Of a stretch of 64,000 nucleotides of DNA, positions 17,764 through 28,200 are shown piece by piece. Position 1 is the stretch's first letter, and every line of letters begins with the position of its first letter. The notes beneath the pieces are model-generated. The model saw only the letters and a program-made list of their open reading frames with translations. It searched no databases and was not told the origin of the DNA. The position numbers were made by a program, and so were the translations under genes. The stretch is from Candidatus Anstonellales archaeon (GTDB taxonomy: Archaea > Micrarchaeota > Micrarchaeia > Anstonellales > CG1-02-47-40): contig JAWCQO010000004.1 of the NCBI GenBank assembly GCA_038869735.1, positions 12,455-76,454 on the forward strand, written 5' to 3'.

Positions 17764-18912
17764 TTATAACACCCTCAATATATCTCCTATATTAACGTCT
17801 GTTCCAAAGTGTCGCGCAAACTCCCTTATAGCAGTAAATGTTACGTATATAATCAGCACCGGAATCATAACTCCAACTATAAAAATAAAGTAGGCCGCAT
17901 TCTTGATAATTTCAATCAAAGCATTTAGAAGAACAAAAAATATCCCCACCCCTACAAATCCAACGTTCCCAAAAATAATGCTTCCAATCAAAGCTATAAT
18001 AGCTCCAGAAGAAAGTGTTAAAATAAGACGTTCGAAAAAATCACCCCCTAAATGGGTTCTAAAATAACTTACTCTGCCATCAGGCGTATCTATACTGCTT
18101 CTTTCATAATACCTTTCAACTGCGCTTGCAGAGACGTTTATCATAGCTGGATAGACTACATAAAATCCCAGTGCGATAGCAATAAGAGCTCCACCCAATG
18201 CCCTTGTAAAAGAAAAAGTCCGAAAAAATATACCAATAGGAAGTAAAAATGACATAAGATACTTCTTTGAAAAGCAAAGAACAAATAGATTCACAAACCA
18301 TATCCCCCACGTCGTTGTCATCATTCCCACAACCATGTTGAGCATATCAACAATCGGTTTTAGAACATAAGACATACTAAATGAAAAGCCACCCAGCAAT
18401 CCAATAGCGCTTCCAATTACTATTTGAGTACTAGATAACACTGTTACTAGAAAATTTACTATAGTGGCCACCATCAAATCAGCACTCAACGTTATCAAAA
18501 TTGCATTTGACAACTCAAGTGCCCTATCAATGTTATTTGTCTCATCCCCGACTCCGAAGCTCTTAGTGAGTATATCTACCCCTACGTTTGTTATAATCAA
18601 AAAGACGATAATTACACCAGAAAAGATAATTTGTTCAAGAGTATTTTTTGCCCATAAAATACTGGTTTGGTTATCCAGAAGATGCCCCCCCATGTAAACA
18701 AGGGCGCAGATAGAGAGAGAAATAGCAAGGGAGATTAATGTGATGACAGGCCATTCAACATTCGTAAACGCAATACAACTTTCTCTGCTTATCCCTACTT
18801 CTCTCAAATACCGCCTTGTCTGGTTCATCTGGTCCTCCCAAATGCCGGTAGAAGATCCTAAGCCTATAAGATATATGAGAAATAAAACTGTGATAATAGC
18901 CCTTATCTTCAT
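17764..18912 (-). CDS. Polytopic membrane protein, paralog 3 of six
   Basis: 382 aa. Core motif LPIGIFFRTFSFTRALGGALIAIALGFYVVYP. C-terminal tail DVNIGDILRVL. Confidence 0.6.
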   Translation of the reverse strand: MKIRAIITVLFLIYLIGLGSSTGIWEDQMNQTRRYLREVGISRESCIAFTNVEWPVITLISLAISLSICALVYMGGHLLDNQTSILWAKNTLEQIIFSGVIIVFLIITNVGVDILTKSFGVGDETNNIDRALELSNAILITLSADLMVATIVNFLVTVLSSTQIVIGSAIGLLGGFSFSMSYVLKPIVDMLNMVVGMMTTTWGIWFVNLFVLCFSKKYLMSFLLPIGIFFRTFSFTRALGGALIAIALGFYVVYPAMINVSASAVERYYERSSIDTPDGRVSYFRTHLGGDFFERLILTLSSGAIIALIGSIIFGNVGFVGVGIFFVLLNALIEIIKNAAYFIFIVGVMIPVLIIYVTFTAIREFARHFGTDVNIGDILRVL

Positions 18913-18913
18913 C

Positions 18914-20074
18914 TCATATCAACCTTGTAAGACCGGCAATCTCTACGTCTCCTCCAAGAAGAGGCGACAATATTTTTATACTGGCTATTGTAGACATAAT
19001 TGCGACAAAAGGCATGAATAGGGAAAAAATCATCATCCTAGCTACTGATTCAAAGACGCCCCCTTCACCAATTATCCATGCACTACCTCTATATGTCCTT
19101 AAAAAAGCGTGAGGGACGTCTACAAGAGACCTAAAAATTTCCAAAATGTGTTGAATCAATGACCTAAGAATTCGAAGATATCCTTCCATTGTTGGTTGAG
19201 ACTGTTCTCCAACCAAATTTATTCGAGTAGGTTCTATCTCAAAAAGTGATTCGGGAGTAGGCATACTTTCGCGCGTAATATTACCACCCCCTCCTATCTC
19301 AAAAGGATTGATTAATCCTAATCGGTCGATGTTTAAGGGATTAAGCGTTCTTCCACTATATCCAATGAGTATATATCCTGATAGCGCATACATAAATGGA
19401 TAAACAAAATAAAAACCAACGGCAATAGCAATCATGAGCCCCCCAAGTCTTCTTGTTAGAAAAAAGTTACGAAGGAAAAATCCAAATATAAGAAAAATAG
19501 GGAAAATAGTCTGCCATATAATATCCAGTAAATACTCCTGAAATCGTAAAGCAATCATCATTTTATATAAAATATCTATTGCTATTAGAAGAGCATCCGA
19601 AACCATTGACAATGCGGCAAATGGCTTAATTGAGAGATCTGACATAGGTATAATTGTCAGCCTTAAACCTACTCCTATATCTGAGAGAAACATAAACGTT
19701 GAATTTATCCAAATAATCTGCCCTGCCATCTGCTTTGAGGAATTGAAAATTATCCCCAAATAATTTTTAGCTAACGAGACTTGACACGGCTCGGTGTTCG
19801 TACAAACAACCGAAGATAAGGGATCAGCTGCCAATATAAGCCTGGCGTATCTATCTGCTCCACTATTAAACGCTTCAGCTGCAAATGTAATTAGTATCAA
19901 AATTATGACCGATAAAAACATATGAGCTATTTCACTTCTCGCATAAGCTTCCAACGACTCAATAGAAAGCATTTTGCTTATCGCATAAGCAATAGCAACA
20001 AGTGATATGGTTGAGACAATCGCAATACCAAGCAAAAACCAATATCTTCCAATCAGAATTTCGGCAATGAGCAT
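18914..20074 (-). CDS. Polytopic membrane protein, paralog 4 of six
   Basis: 386 aa. Core motif FPIFLIFGFFLRNFFLTRRLGGLMIAIAVGFYFVYP. C-terminal tail LGGDVEIAGLTRLI. Confidence 0.6.
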   Translation of the reverse strand: MLIAEILIGRYWFLLGIAIVSTISLVAIAYAISKMLSIESLEAYARSEIAHMFLSVIILILITFAAEAFNSGADRYARLILAADPLSSVVCTNTEPCQVSLAKNYLGIIFNSSKQMAGQIIWINSTFMFLSDIGVGLRLTIIPMSDLSIKPFAALSMVSDALLIAIDILYKMMIALRFQEYLLDIIWQTIFPIFLIFGFFLRNFFLTRRLGGLMIAIAVGFYFVYPFMYALSGYILIGYSGRTLNPLNIDRLGLINPFEIGGGGNITRESMPTPESLFEIEPTRINLVGEQSQPTMEGYLRILRSLIQHILEIFRSLVDVPHAFLRTYRGSAWIIGEGGVFESVARMMIFSLFMPFVAIMSTIASIKILSPLLGGDVEIAGLTRLI

Positions 20075-20077
20075 TTA

Positions 20078-21037
20078 CTACCCCATTTTTTGGCTTAGAA
20101 ATTTATTCATGCTCTTTATAAATGTCATCGTAATCAGCATTGATAGACCGGGAAGAAATATCCCCTGCATCAATATTACTGATAACTTTACAAATAGTTT
20201 CATTACTAACTCATAATTCCATAAAACCCTCTCGGTTATTCTTTGATGGTATTCCCCGTCTTGGTTTTCTTGAATGCTTTGTCTATAATCACTAATCCAA
20301 TCATACGGAGCAATTGTCTCTTGTCTGGGGTCTTGACCTGCTGGTGGAGGAAGAAAATCAATCACACCATCTCTTGCATCGATGTACCTCATTATGTTGT
20401 AATGCATGACATATGTAAGAGGAAATACGAAATAAAACCCAAAAGAAGCGGCAATGAGGAGTACCCCGGCATCCCTAGTGGGAGGGAAAATCCTAAGAAT
20501 TATACCTGCAGGCAAGACCAAAGTTAGGGTCGTTGCCTTTATTAACTGGAGACCAATACTTTGTGCTACCAGTGAAGAAGCAAAGGGTGAGATGACGAAC
20601 ACAACCCATTCAAAGATAGATGCTAAAAGCGATAAAAAACTCAACGGTTGGAACCTTATGCTCCAGCCACCCCCAGCTCCAAAGTGGAGCGCTGCCCCAC
20701 CCATCCATTCAAAAAGAATCACTAACCCCTCCATTTGAACAAGTGTCGGAATCGTAAGCTGAGAGATCATTATGTCAAGATATTTCAAGGCGATTTCAAA
20801 GTAATCCACCCCAAATATACTCATACTTACTCCGATTGCCATATTAGCAAGAAAATACGTCATAAGAAGCAAAACCACTGAAAAGAAAACCTGGTATGTC
20901 TCGAGAGTAGCAAAAGCTTCCAACTCAGATTTTCTAAATATCTGAGCTAACATATAAATAAGCGAAATCGAAGTGACCATAACTAATATACTTATTGCAA
21001 TCATCTCAAACTGGCTTCCTCCAATCTCCAAAGCCAT
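20078..21037 (-). CDS. Polytopic membrane protein, paralog 5 of six
   Basis: 319 aa. Core motif LPAGIILRIFPPTRDAGVLLIAASFGFYFVFP. The C-terminal tail diverges from the other five. Confidence 0.55.
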   Translation of the reverse strand: MALEIGGSQFEMIAISILVMVTSISLIYMLAQIFRKSELEAFATLETYQVFFSVVLLLMTYFLANMAIGVSMSIFGVDYFEIALKYLDIMISQLTIPTLVQMEGLVILFEWMGGAALHFGAGGGWSIRFQPLSFLSLLASIFEWVVFVISPFASSLVAQSIGLQLIKATTLTLVLPAGIILRIFPPTRDAGVLLIAASFGFYFVFPLTYVMHYNIMRYIDARDGVIDFLPPPAGQDPRQETIAPYDWISDYRQSIQENQDGEYHQRITERVLWNYELVMKLFVKLSVILMQGIFLPGLSMLITMTFIKSMNKFLSQKMG

Positions 21038-21051
21038 TAGTCAATCACCAC

Positions 21052-22317
21052 CTATACTAGCTTTGAAAGCCCAAATATCTCAACTTCTCCCCCAATTGAA
21101 GCCGCAATACTTCTGTAAGCTGTTACAGTTAAAATTATCTCTATAACTACCCCAACAAATACAAAAGATAGGCTCCACCCAATCTCATTCATCGTTTCTA
21201 CCGTTGCATAGTAAAAAATAACAGAACTCCTCCACAGGGACGCAAGGGAAGAGACGTATCTTAAAGTAAATCTTATATAATTCATTGATATATCGATGAG
21301 CTGTTCTGTTACTTCAACAACCGCGCTTAACAGTCGCCAAGCTCCACAAATTATTCTCCTAAAAAATCCCCAATTTTGAGGCTGCCCACTGCACCATCCG
21401 CCACTTTCATTACTTCTCTCATCCTCGTGATTTTGATAAATGCGTCTGCTTGCTTCTCTCCCTTCCTCAACAACCGTATTCATAAAATTCCCTGCTTGCG
21501 GGTTTGGTTCAATGGTAAGGGGGAATTCGTACTCTCTTATCTGAGGCATTTGGGTGTTAATATATAGTTCTTCGACTACTATCACGGAGAGTGGGAAAAC
21601 AAAATAAGCTGTAAAGGCAAAAGCTATAATACTAGAACCTATCCTCCTTGTTATAAAAAAAGCTCTTAAAAAAAGCCCAAGGGGAAGGAAGACGCTTAAC
21701 ATACTATCCTTAAAAAACAATAATAGCACTTTTTGAAGAGAAATAAGACCAATTGCACCTCCAACAAGGTCCGTGATCAAAATATTACCTTCTGCAACCG
21801 GTACGACTCCCACACCAGGTCCAAACGAAATAGAAAATCTCATTATCGAATGAGGAGGAAAAAAAAAGGTTGAGTGTAATGTGGATACCATGCCCAGCAC
21901 TATCTCGTTTAAATTCAGTGATATGTACTTACTAACTAGCATCCAGAACATAGAATCAAGAAAGATTGAAGGCCGCATATAAATGTCCGCGCTACCACCA
22001 ATAATCTGGCTTATCATTGAGAATAGGCCCAGGGTAAAAAAAGTGATTATTACTATAACTCCAGTTATAAAAACTTCATAAAGCTCCATCTTTGCCCATG
22101 ACTTAATATTTGGAACTGCTAAAAATTCAGACAACATATATGCTATTGCAGTGGCGCCTACCCCAATTAAAAGTGCGGCACCAATCGGAGCAGCAAATCC
22201 TTGGAATCTCCCAATAAAATCTTCAACATTTTCGTCAACGGTTTGTTGCGCATCTACGCTTTGGATCAACAACAAAGAAAACACAAAAAATAAAGACGCT
22301 AAGCTTCTAATCCTCAT
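21052..22317 (-). CDS. Polytopic membrane protein, paralog 6 of six (first gene of operon, has N-terminal signal peptide)
   Basis: 421 aa. Signal peptide MRIRSLASLFFVFSLLLIQSVDAQQ. Core motif LPLGLFLRAFFITRRIGSSIIAFAFTAYFVFP. C-terminal tail IGGEVEIFGLSKLV. Confidence 0.6.
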   Translation of the reverse strand: MRIRSLASLFFVFSLLLIQSVDAQQTVDENVEDFIGRFQGFAAPIGAALLIGVGATAIAYMLSEFLAVPNIKSWAKMELYEVFITGVIVIITFFTLGLFSMISQIIGGSADIYMRPSIFLDSMFWMLVSKYISLNLNEIVLGMVSTLHSTFFFPPHSIMRFSISFGPGVGVVPVAEGNILITDLVGGAIGLISLQKVLLLFFKDSMLSVFLPLGLFLRAFFITRRIGSSIIAFAFTAYFVFPLSVIVVEELYINTQMPQIREYEFPLTIEPNPQAGNFMNTVVEEGREASRRIYQNHEDERSNESGGWCSGQPQNWGFFRRIICGAWRLLSAVVEVTEQLIDISMNYIRFTLRYVSSLASLWRSSVIFYYATVETMNEIGWSLSFVFVGVVIEIILTVTAYRSIAASIGGEVEIFGLSKLV

Positions 22318-22385
22318 GTTTTTACCCCTTCTAGCTTAGTAACGAAGTTCTATTATTTAAAAACTAATGTCGCTACAATTTACTT

Positions 22386-25166
22386 ATGGATATTAATTAT
22401 GCCCATTGGCAATCCATCTGGGAGAAAAAAGGAGTTTATCAACCAACGGCTTATGATGGAAAAAAATTTTTCCTTACTGCAGCTTTTCCCTATCCAAACT
22501 CTCCTCAACACATAGGACACGCAAGAACATACACCACAGCAGATATATATGCAAGATACATGCGAATGAAGGGAAAAAATGTTCTTTTTCCAATGGGCTT
22601 CCATGTGACTGGCACGCCAATAATTTCGATGGCTAGTCGATTAGCCGAAGGAGACCCCGAAATACTAAGTATTTTTGAAGAAGTTTATCACATACCAAAA
22701 GAAAAAGCACTCCTTCTCAATGACCCAAAAAAGTTAGTTATGTACTTCTCAAAGGAAATAGAAATTGGAATGAGAATGATGGGTTTTTCGATTGACTGGA
22801 GGCGGAAATTTTATACGGATGAGCCCCATTTTAACAGATTTATTCAATGGCAGTTTCGCAAGTTAAGTGAATTAGGATACATAAAAAAAGGCATCCACCC
22901 TGTTCCATGGTGCCCAAAATGCGAAAATCCGCTTTCTGCTCATGATACCCATGGGGACATTGACCCTCATCTAGAAGAAGTTCTTGTAATCAAGTTTAAA
23001 AGCTCAGAAGGTTATTTCCCCACTGCAACATATCGACCTGAAACAATTTATGGTGTTACGAATCTTTGGGTCAAGCCAACAGCCACTTATGTTTTGTGCA
23101 AGATGGGTGAAGAGCATCTTTTTCTATCAAAAAAAGCGTACGAGAGCCTTTCCAATCAGTTGGATATTGAAAAAAAAGAAGAGTTACCCGGTTCTAAACT
23201 AGTAGGTAAAAAATGTACAAATCCCCTAAATGGTAAAGACGTTGAGGTTCTACCTGCTGCTTTTGTAGATGAAGAAGTTGGCACGGGTCTTGTTATGAGT
23301 GTGCCAGCCCACGCTCCTTATGACTATGTTGCCTTACGCGACCTCAACTCTAACCTAACCCCTATACCTGTCTTGGAAGTAGAAGGTTTTAGCTCCATAC
23401 CTGCAAAAGATATAGTAGAAAAACTCAAAATAGAAAATCAGCTGAGCGCCCAGTTGAAAGAAGCAACTGACATACTATACAAGAAGGAGGCACATCTTGG
23501 AAAGATGATTATTGGTGATTATAATGGTATGAGGGCAATAGAGGCAAAAGAAAAAATCTCCCTTGTTTTGCTTTCAAAAGGAGCAGCTTTTTTGATACAT
23601 GTGATTTCAAATTCCCCAATTTTTTGTAGATGTGGCACAAAATCAACAGTAAAAATAGTGAAAGACCAGTGGTTCATAGATTATGGAAATAAAGAATGGA
23701 AAGAAAGAACATTGAGACATCTAATGAAAATGAAAATAATCCCACAAAGCACAGTTCCTGATTATACGTATACTATAAACTGGCTAAAGGAAAAAGCCTG
23801 TACTAGATCACGAGGTCTTGGGACAAATTTTCCATTTGACGAATCTCAAATAATTGAAGCCTTATCTGATTCTACCATATACATGGCATTTTATACCATC
23901 TCACATCTCCTCCCCTCATACCCTCTTGACAAGATAAACGACTCCCTTTTTGATTATATTTTCCTTGGAAAAGTAACCGGCAATTTTAAGCCTGATTCGA
24001 AGGCAGAGGAAATGAGAAGAGAATTTCTTTATTGGTATCCACTTGATTCTCGCCACTCAGCCGTTGACCTAGTCCACAATCATCTTACATTTTTCATCTT
24101 TAATCACGTTGCTATTTTTGATGATGCACTTCTACCACAACAAATAGTTGCAAATGGTTTTGTAACAATGAATGGTAAAAAAATGAGCAAAAGCATGGGA
24201 AATATTCTCCCTCTTCAAGAGGCCATAAAGAAATGGGGCCCTGACGTAATTCGCTTTTCAGTGATAGCTGGCGCAGACATCGCTTCGGATACTGACTTTT
24301 CTGACTCACTTGCAAATGGCGTTTCAAGCAGATTAAGATATGCAGTTGAACTTGCGGAAAAATACCTCTCAAAAAATAACCAAAATCTCCCTGATGAACA
24401 AACAGAGCACGACCTACCCCACAAGTGGCTTTTATCTCGCCTTCATAGAAGAATAAAAAAGGCGCCATATCTTTATGAGAATTTTGCCTTGCGAGAGCTT
24501 GCACATGAATTGCTCTACGATTCCCTCAACGATGTCACCTGGTACCTAAAAAGAACAAAAAAGCCATCTCTTAAAGAATTTTTTGAATACTGGACACTTT
24601 TGATCTCTCCAATAATGCCGCACATCGCAGAGGAACTATCCTTTCGTTTTCTTGGAAGGGAAAAAAGCGTAGTTACTATGCCATTTCCACATCCGGACGA
24701 TTCAAAAATTAGTGATTCATTAGAGCTTGGAGAGGAGCTTCTAATAAATCTCATCGCCGATATAAAACAAATTATCAAAATAATAGGAAGGGGGGAGACC
24801 GCCCCCCCTAAAAAAATCTTTGTCTATGTAGCATCTAATTGGAAAAGAAAACTTCAGAAAATAGCGTATACAAATAAGCGCTTAGACCTAACTATGCGCG
24901 AGGCAACAGAAATTGAGGAATTAAAAGGAAGGCTTCAGGACGTTTCTTATCTTGCAAAAAAGTTTTGTTCAAATCTAAATTCTCTAACAGATAAAATGCT
25001 ATCCGCAGAAGAGGAGCTTTCATATTTTAAATCATGTCTTGATTTTCTCTCAACTGAATTTTCGTGTACGATCGAAATCTTACTCGATAAAGATGCGCCT
25101 TCTAAACATCAACAAAAGGCCTCATCGGCACTTCCTAACAGACCATCAATTTACATTGAATTGTAA
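22386..25166 (+). CDS. leuS: Leucyl-tRNA synthetase (archaeal/eukaryal type)
   Basis: HIGH motif ([10 protein letters not shown]) and KMSKS motif ([10 protein letters not shown]). Size 926 aa. Connective-peptide editing-domain region present. Confidence 0.95.
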   Translation: MDINYAHWQSIWEKKGVYQPTAYDGKKFFLTAAFPYPNSPQHIGHARTYTTADIYARYMRMKGKNVLFPMGFHVTGTPIISMASRLAEGDPEILSIFEEVYHIPKEKALLLNDPKKLVMYFSKEIEIGMRMMGFSIDWRRKFYTDEPHFNRFIQWQFRKLSELGYIKKGIHPVPWCPKCENPLSAHDTHGDIDPHLEEVLVIKFKSSEGYFPTATYRPETIYGVTNLWVKPTATYVLCKMGEEHLFLSKKAYESLSNQLDIEKKEELPGSKLVGKKCTNPLNGKDVEVLPAAFVDEEVGTGLVMSVPAHAPYDYVALRDLNSNLTPIPVLEVEGFSSIPAKDIVEKLKIENQLSAQLKEATDILYKKEAHLGKMIIGDYNGMRAIEAKEKISLVLLSKGAAFLIHVISNSPIFCRCGTKSTVKIVKDQWFIDYGNKEWKERTLRHLMKMKIIPQSTVPDYTYTINWLKEKACTRSRGLGTNFPFDESQIIEALSDSTIYMAFYTISHLLPSYPLDKINDSLFDYIFLGKVTGNFKPDSKAEEMRREFLYWYPLDSRHSAVDLVHNHLTFFIFNHVAIFDDALLPQQIVANGFVTMNGKKMSKSMGNILPLQEAIKKWGPDVIRFSVIAGADIASDTDFSDSLANGVSSRLRYAVELAEKYLSKNNQNLPDEQTEHDLPHKWLLSRLHRRIKKAPYLYENFALRELAHELLYDSLNDVTWYLKRTKKPSLKEFFEYWTLLISPIMPHIAEELSFRFLGREKSVVTMPFPHPDDSKISDSLELGEELLINLIADIKQIIKIIGRGETAPPKKIFVYVASNWKRKLQKIAYTNKRLDLTMREATEIEELKGRLQDVSYLAKKFCSNLNSLTDKMLSAEEELSYFKSCLDFLSTEFSCTIEILLDKDAPSKHQQKASSALPNRPSIYIEL

Positions 25167-25266
25167 ATGCTCCTATAATTGGGCTTTATAATTGGACTTT
25201 GTCCATTTCCAGAAGCCTTTAACAAAACCTTTTAAACAAAGAAAAATAAAAAAATAATAGATAAAC

Positions 25267-28200
25267 ATGAGATACAGAAGTATACTCATTTCAACACTTA
25301 CTCTATTACTTTTTTTATCTTCATTACCACTATCAGAAAAAAACATAACAAGACTCCAGGTTTATGTTGATGGACTTACTGTTCATGCTCAACTTACGAA
25401 AGTGGATATGGGCTCATCATTTCGGGTTTATCCTGAAGAATTGGAGAGACAGGTTAGGTCGTTTTTAAGTGAAAATAGACAAGAACAAAGACAGAACGAA
25501 CAGATCCCGTTTTTAGTTCAACGCACAGAACCACTTGCTGGACAAAGTCTTGATTTCTTTCTATATAACCGAGAAACCAGTGAGTATCAACCAGTTTTCG
25601 GATGTAGCGGTCTTCTTACAGATGAGCGCGGAATAGCGAATTGCACTGTAAGCGAGATTTCCGGTTCAAAAACGTGTTCTGTTATAAACGTGTCTTATTC
25701 GGGAACAACAGCCTATGAGCCGTCTACTACTACTGGAATAGTTTGTGATGAATCAAACAACGGCCTCTCTGCATTTGGTCTTGCTACTGAAAACTACCTT
25801 AGGAATAGGCAGACCTACATATGCCTACCCATCTTCCTAATTCTAGGGCTCCTCCTTGCTTCTCTCTACTATTCAGGAAAGAACCCCTTAAATATTTTTG
25901 ATATAACCACTCCGCGGCTTCCAAGACCAAAAAAACACCGCATCACTCCAATCATTATCCGCTCACACCTAATTAGCAATATGTTGATGAATATGAGTCT
26001 CCTTCGCAGAGCTCAACTGGATATCATCAACGCAGCCGATGCGATTGTCCGGATTCTTCCTTCTGATAATACTCTTCATAGCGACCTTCTACAAGCTTAT
26101 AGTGAAATACGATCTGCCAGACGTATCCCCCCCCATATTCGTTGTGCCGCCATCGCAGCGCTCTTTTCTTCTGGACCTCGAGCAGCAGAGACGATTCTAA
26201 GAAATGCATATCAAAGAGGTGCAGTTAGAAGCATACAATCTCTAAAAAAGAACGAAACAGATACATATCTTTCGAGTATACTCTCAAGATCCGGATTAGA
26301 TAAGGAAACCCAACAAACATTAATGCGCTTTCACAAATTTATTCAAGATCGTAGTAGTGCTGCGATAGTAACTTATGAGAAACACGAAAAGCTGAAAGAA
26401 ACGTATGGATATAGCGGTTCCATCGCCAAGTTACTCCTATCCCTTTCTTATAATAGTTACCGGTTAGACCGCACCTTGCCTCGAACAGTAGATAAAACTG
26501 TTCTAGCCACCGTAGGAAGAGTTCCGATTGTTGGCCCTCCATTAGCATCAGTTATTCGCAGCGCCGCTAAAGTTGCATTATTGCCTATAAGGACTCCCCT
26601 AAATTTTGCTATCCTTCCTCTTGAAGTTGTAGGACAGACTAAGATGGCTGTCAAATCAGCTAAAAGCATTCTAAACATTTTTTCAGGTTCTTTGGATAAC
26701 AAACGAGTGGGTAATTTTCATGATGCGCTTTCTCAAATCAAAAACATTTGCAGACATATAACACCAGAGACAGTCAGAGAAGAGGTTATCTCCTACGCAA
26801 TCAGAAAAATAAACGAAGCTTATTTTGGGAGTTCGATTGATGAAGAGACTAGAAACCGCCTTCTAAATATAGTGGGTGCACGGTTAGCGAGTCCCCTACG
26901 AAATGGCGACTACGATGAAGCGTATAGGAGAGCATTATTAATTATGGCTAGATATAATCTAGTTGATCAGCAAACTATTGACTCAATCAAGGCTGTTGTA
27001 CGCGATATAGATAGAAGGTATTATTCGTATATAGGAAATAGAGATAATAGTCTAGATGCGGGCATACACTACTTGAGTGATGTGCATGCTCTTATACGTA
27101 AATTTCAAACTTCCCACCCACAAGAGCAAGTATTCTTCCTAACAACAAGATTTTATGACCCTCAAAATCCGACCACAGAACGAGCAACTGCTGCATTCCA
27201 TTACTTCCTTAGTCTTCAGGCCATTCAACGTTTACGCTCTGGTATAGACACTAGAACTACATTTGCAGACATCTACACTGAATTACATAGAAGAGAGAGT
27301 CAGGAACTTGAAAGAGAAGCTAACTCTGTTGCACAAATAGTCGCAATTCGGTACACTCTTTCTCCTAACGCTCCACAAAGACGACAAACTCGAAACCCAC
27401 ATGATGAATTCCTTCATTTTCTTTTAAACCGAATTGAAATAAAAATCAACAGAATGCGTCCTGCAGAAGTTTATCGCGACTTTTCCCAAGTTCTCATGGA
27501 GAATGCTACAATTTTGAGGTTTTATCAAGACCACATTTTACCGTTACTAGCAAAGACTAGTTCCGGAGCAAACCTTTCAGAACAAGAGCTGTATCAAGAG
27601 TTGATGAAGCATGGGGTTGATTGGAGAACAGCTACAAGGCTTATTTATACTCCACCAAGCAACCTAACACAAAATAGCACGCCTGAGTCCGAAAGAATTG
27701 GGAGCGGAATTGTTCGAGGATGGATAGTAACTGGAGACGGCACCTTCAAACCACTTTTTATAGAGGGCATGTATCACACCTTTGTAACAACAATTTTTGG
27801 TTCGTCCTCTCCCCTATTGGATGAAGGCCTGACCAGGACAAACAGCCAAGGCCAACGTATATCTGTAATGGGAGCTTCAGATGCAGATAAAATAGTCTCC
27901 GTTTACAGCAGGGATAACAATGATTTGTTAGCAACACATGCTGGAGGACCCATAAGAAGACTGTTCTATCAAATTCAGCAGCCGTTTCTAGCCGGTGCAA
28001 AAGTTATCTTCGCAGCAAAAGAAGAGTTTGAAACAGTCTTTGCTCTCCAAGCCCTCGAAAGGAAAGCGTATAAGGATATAGAGCGAAATTACAACCTCGG
28101 AACGTATTTTTCTCAAGTGCCAACGCTCCGGCAGATCGAAGAACAGATAGCTAGCGAAAGTGACAAAACTATGCGCCGAAAGCTAGAAAGAAAACGTCAA

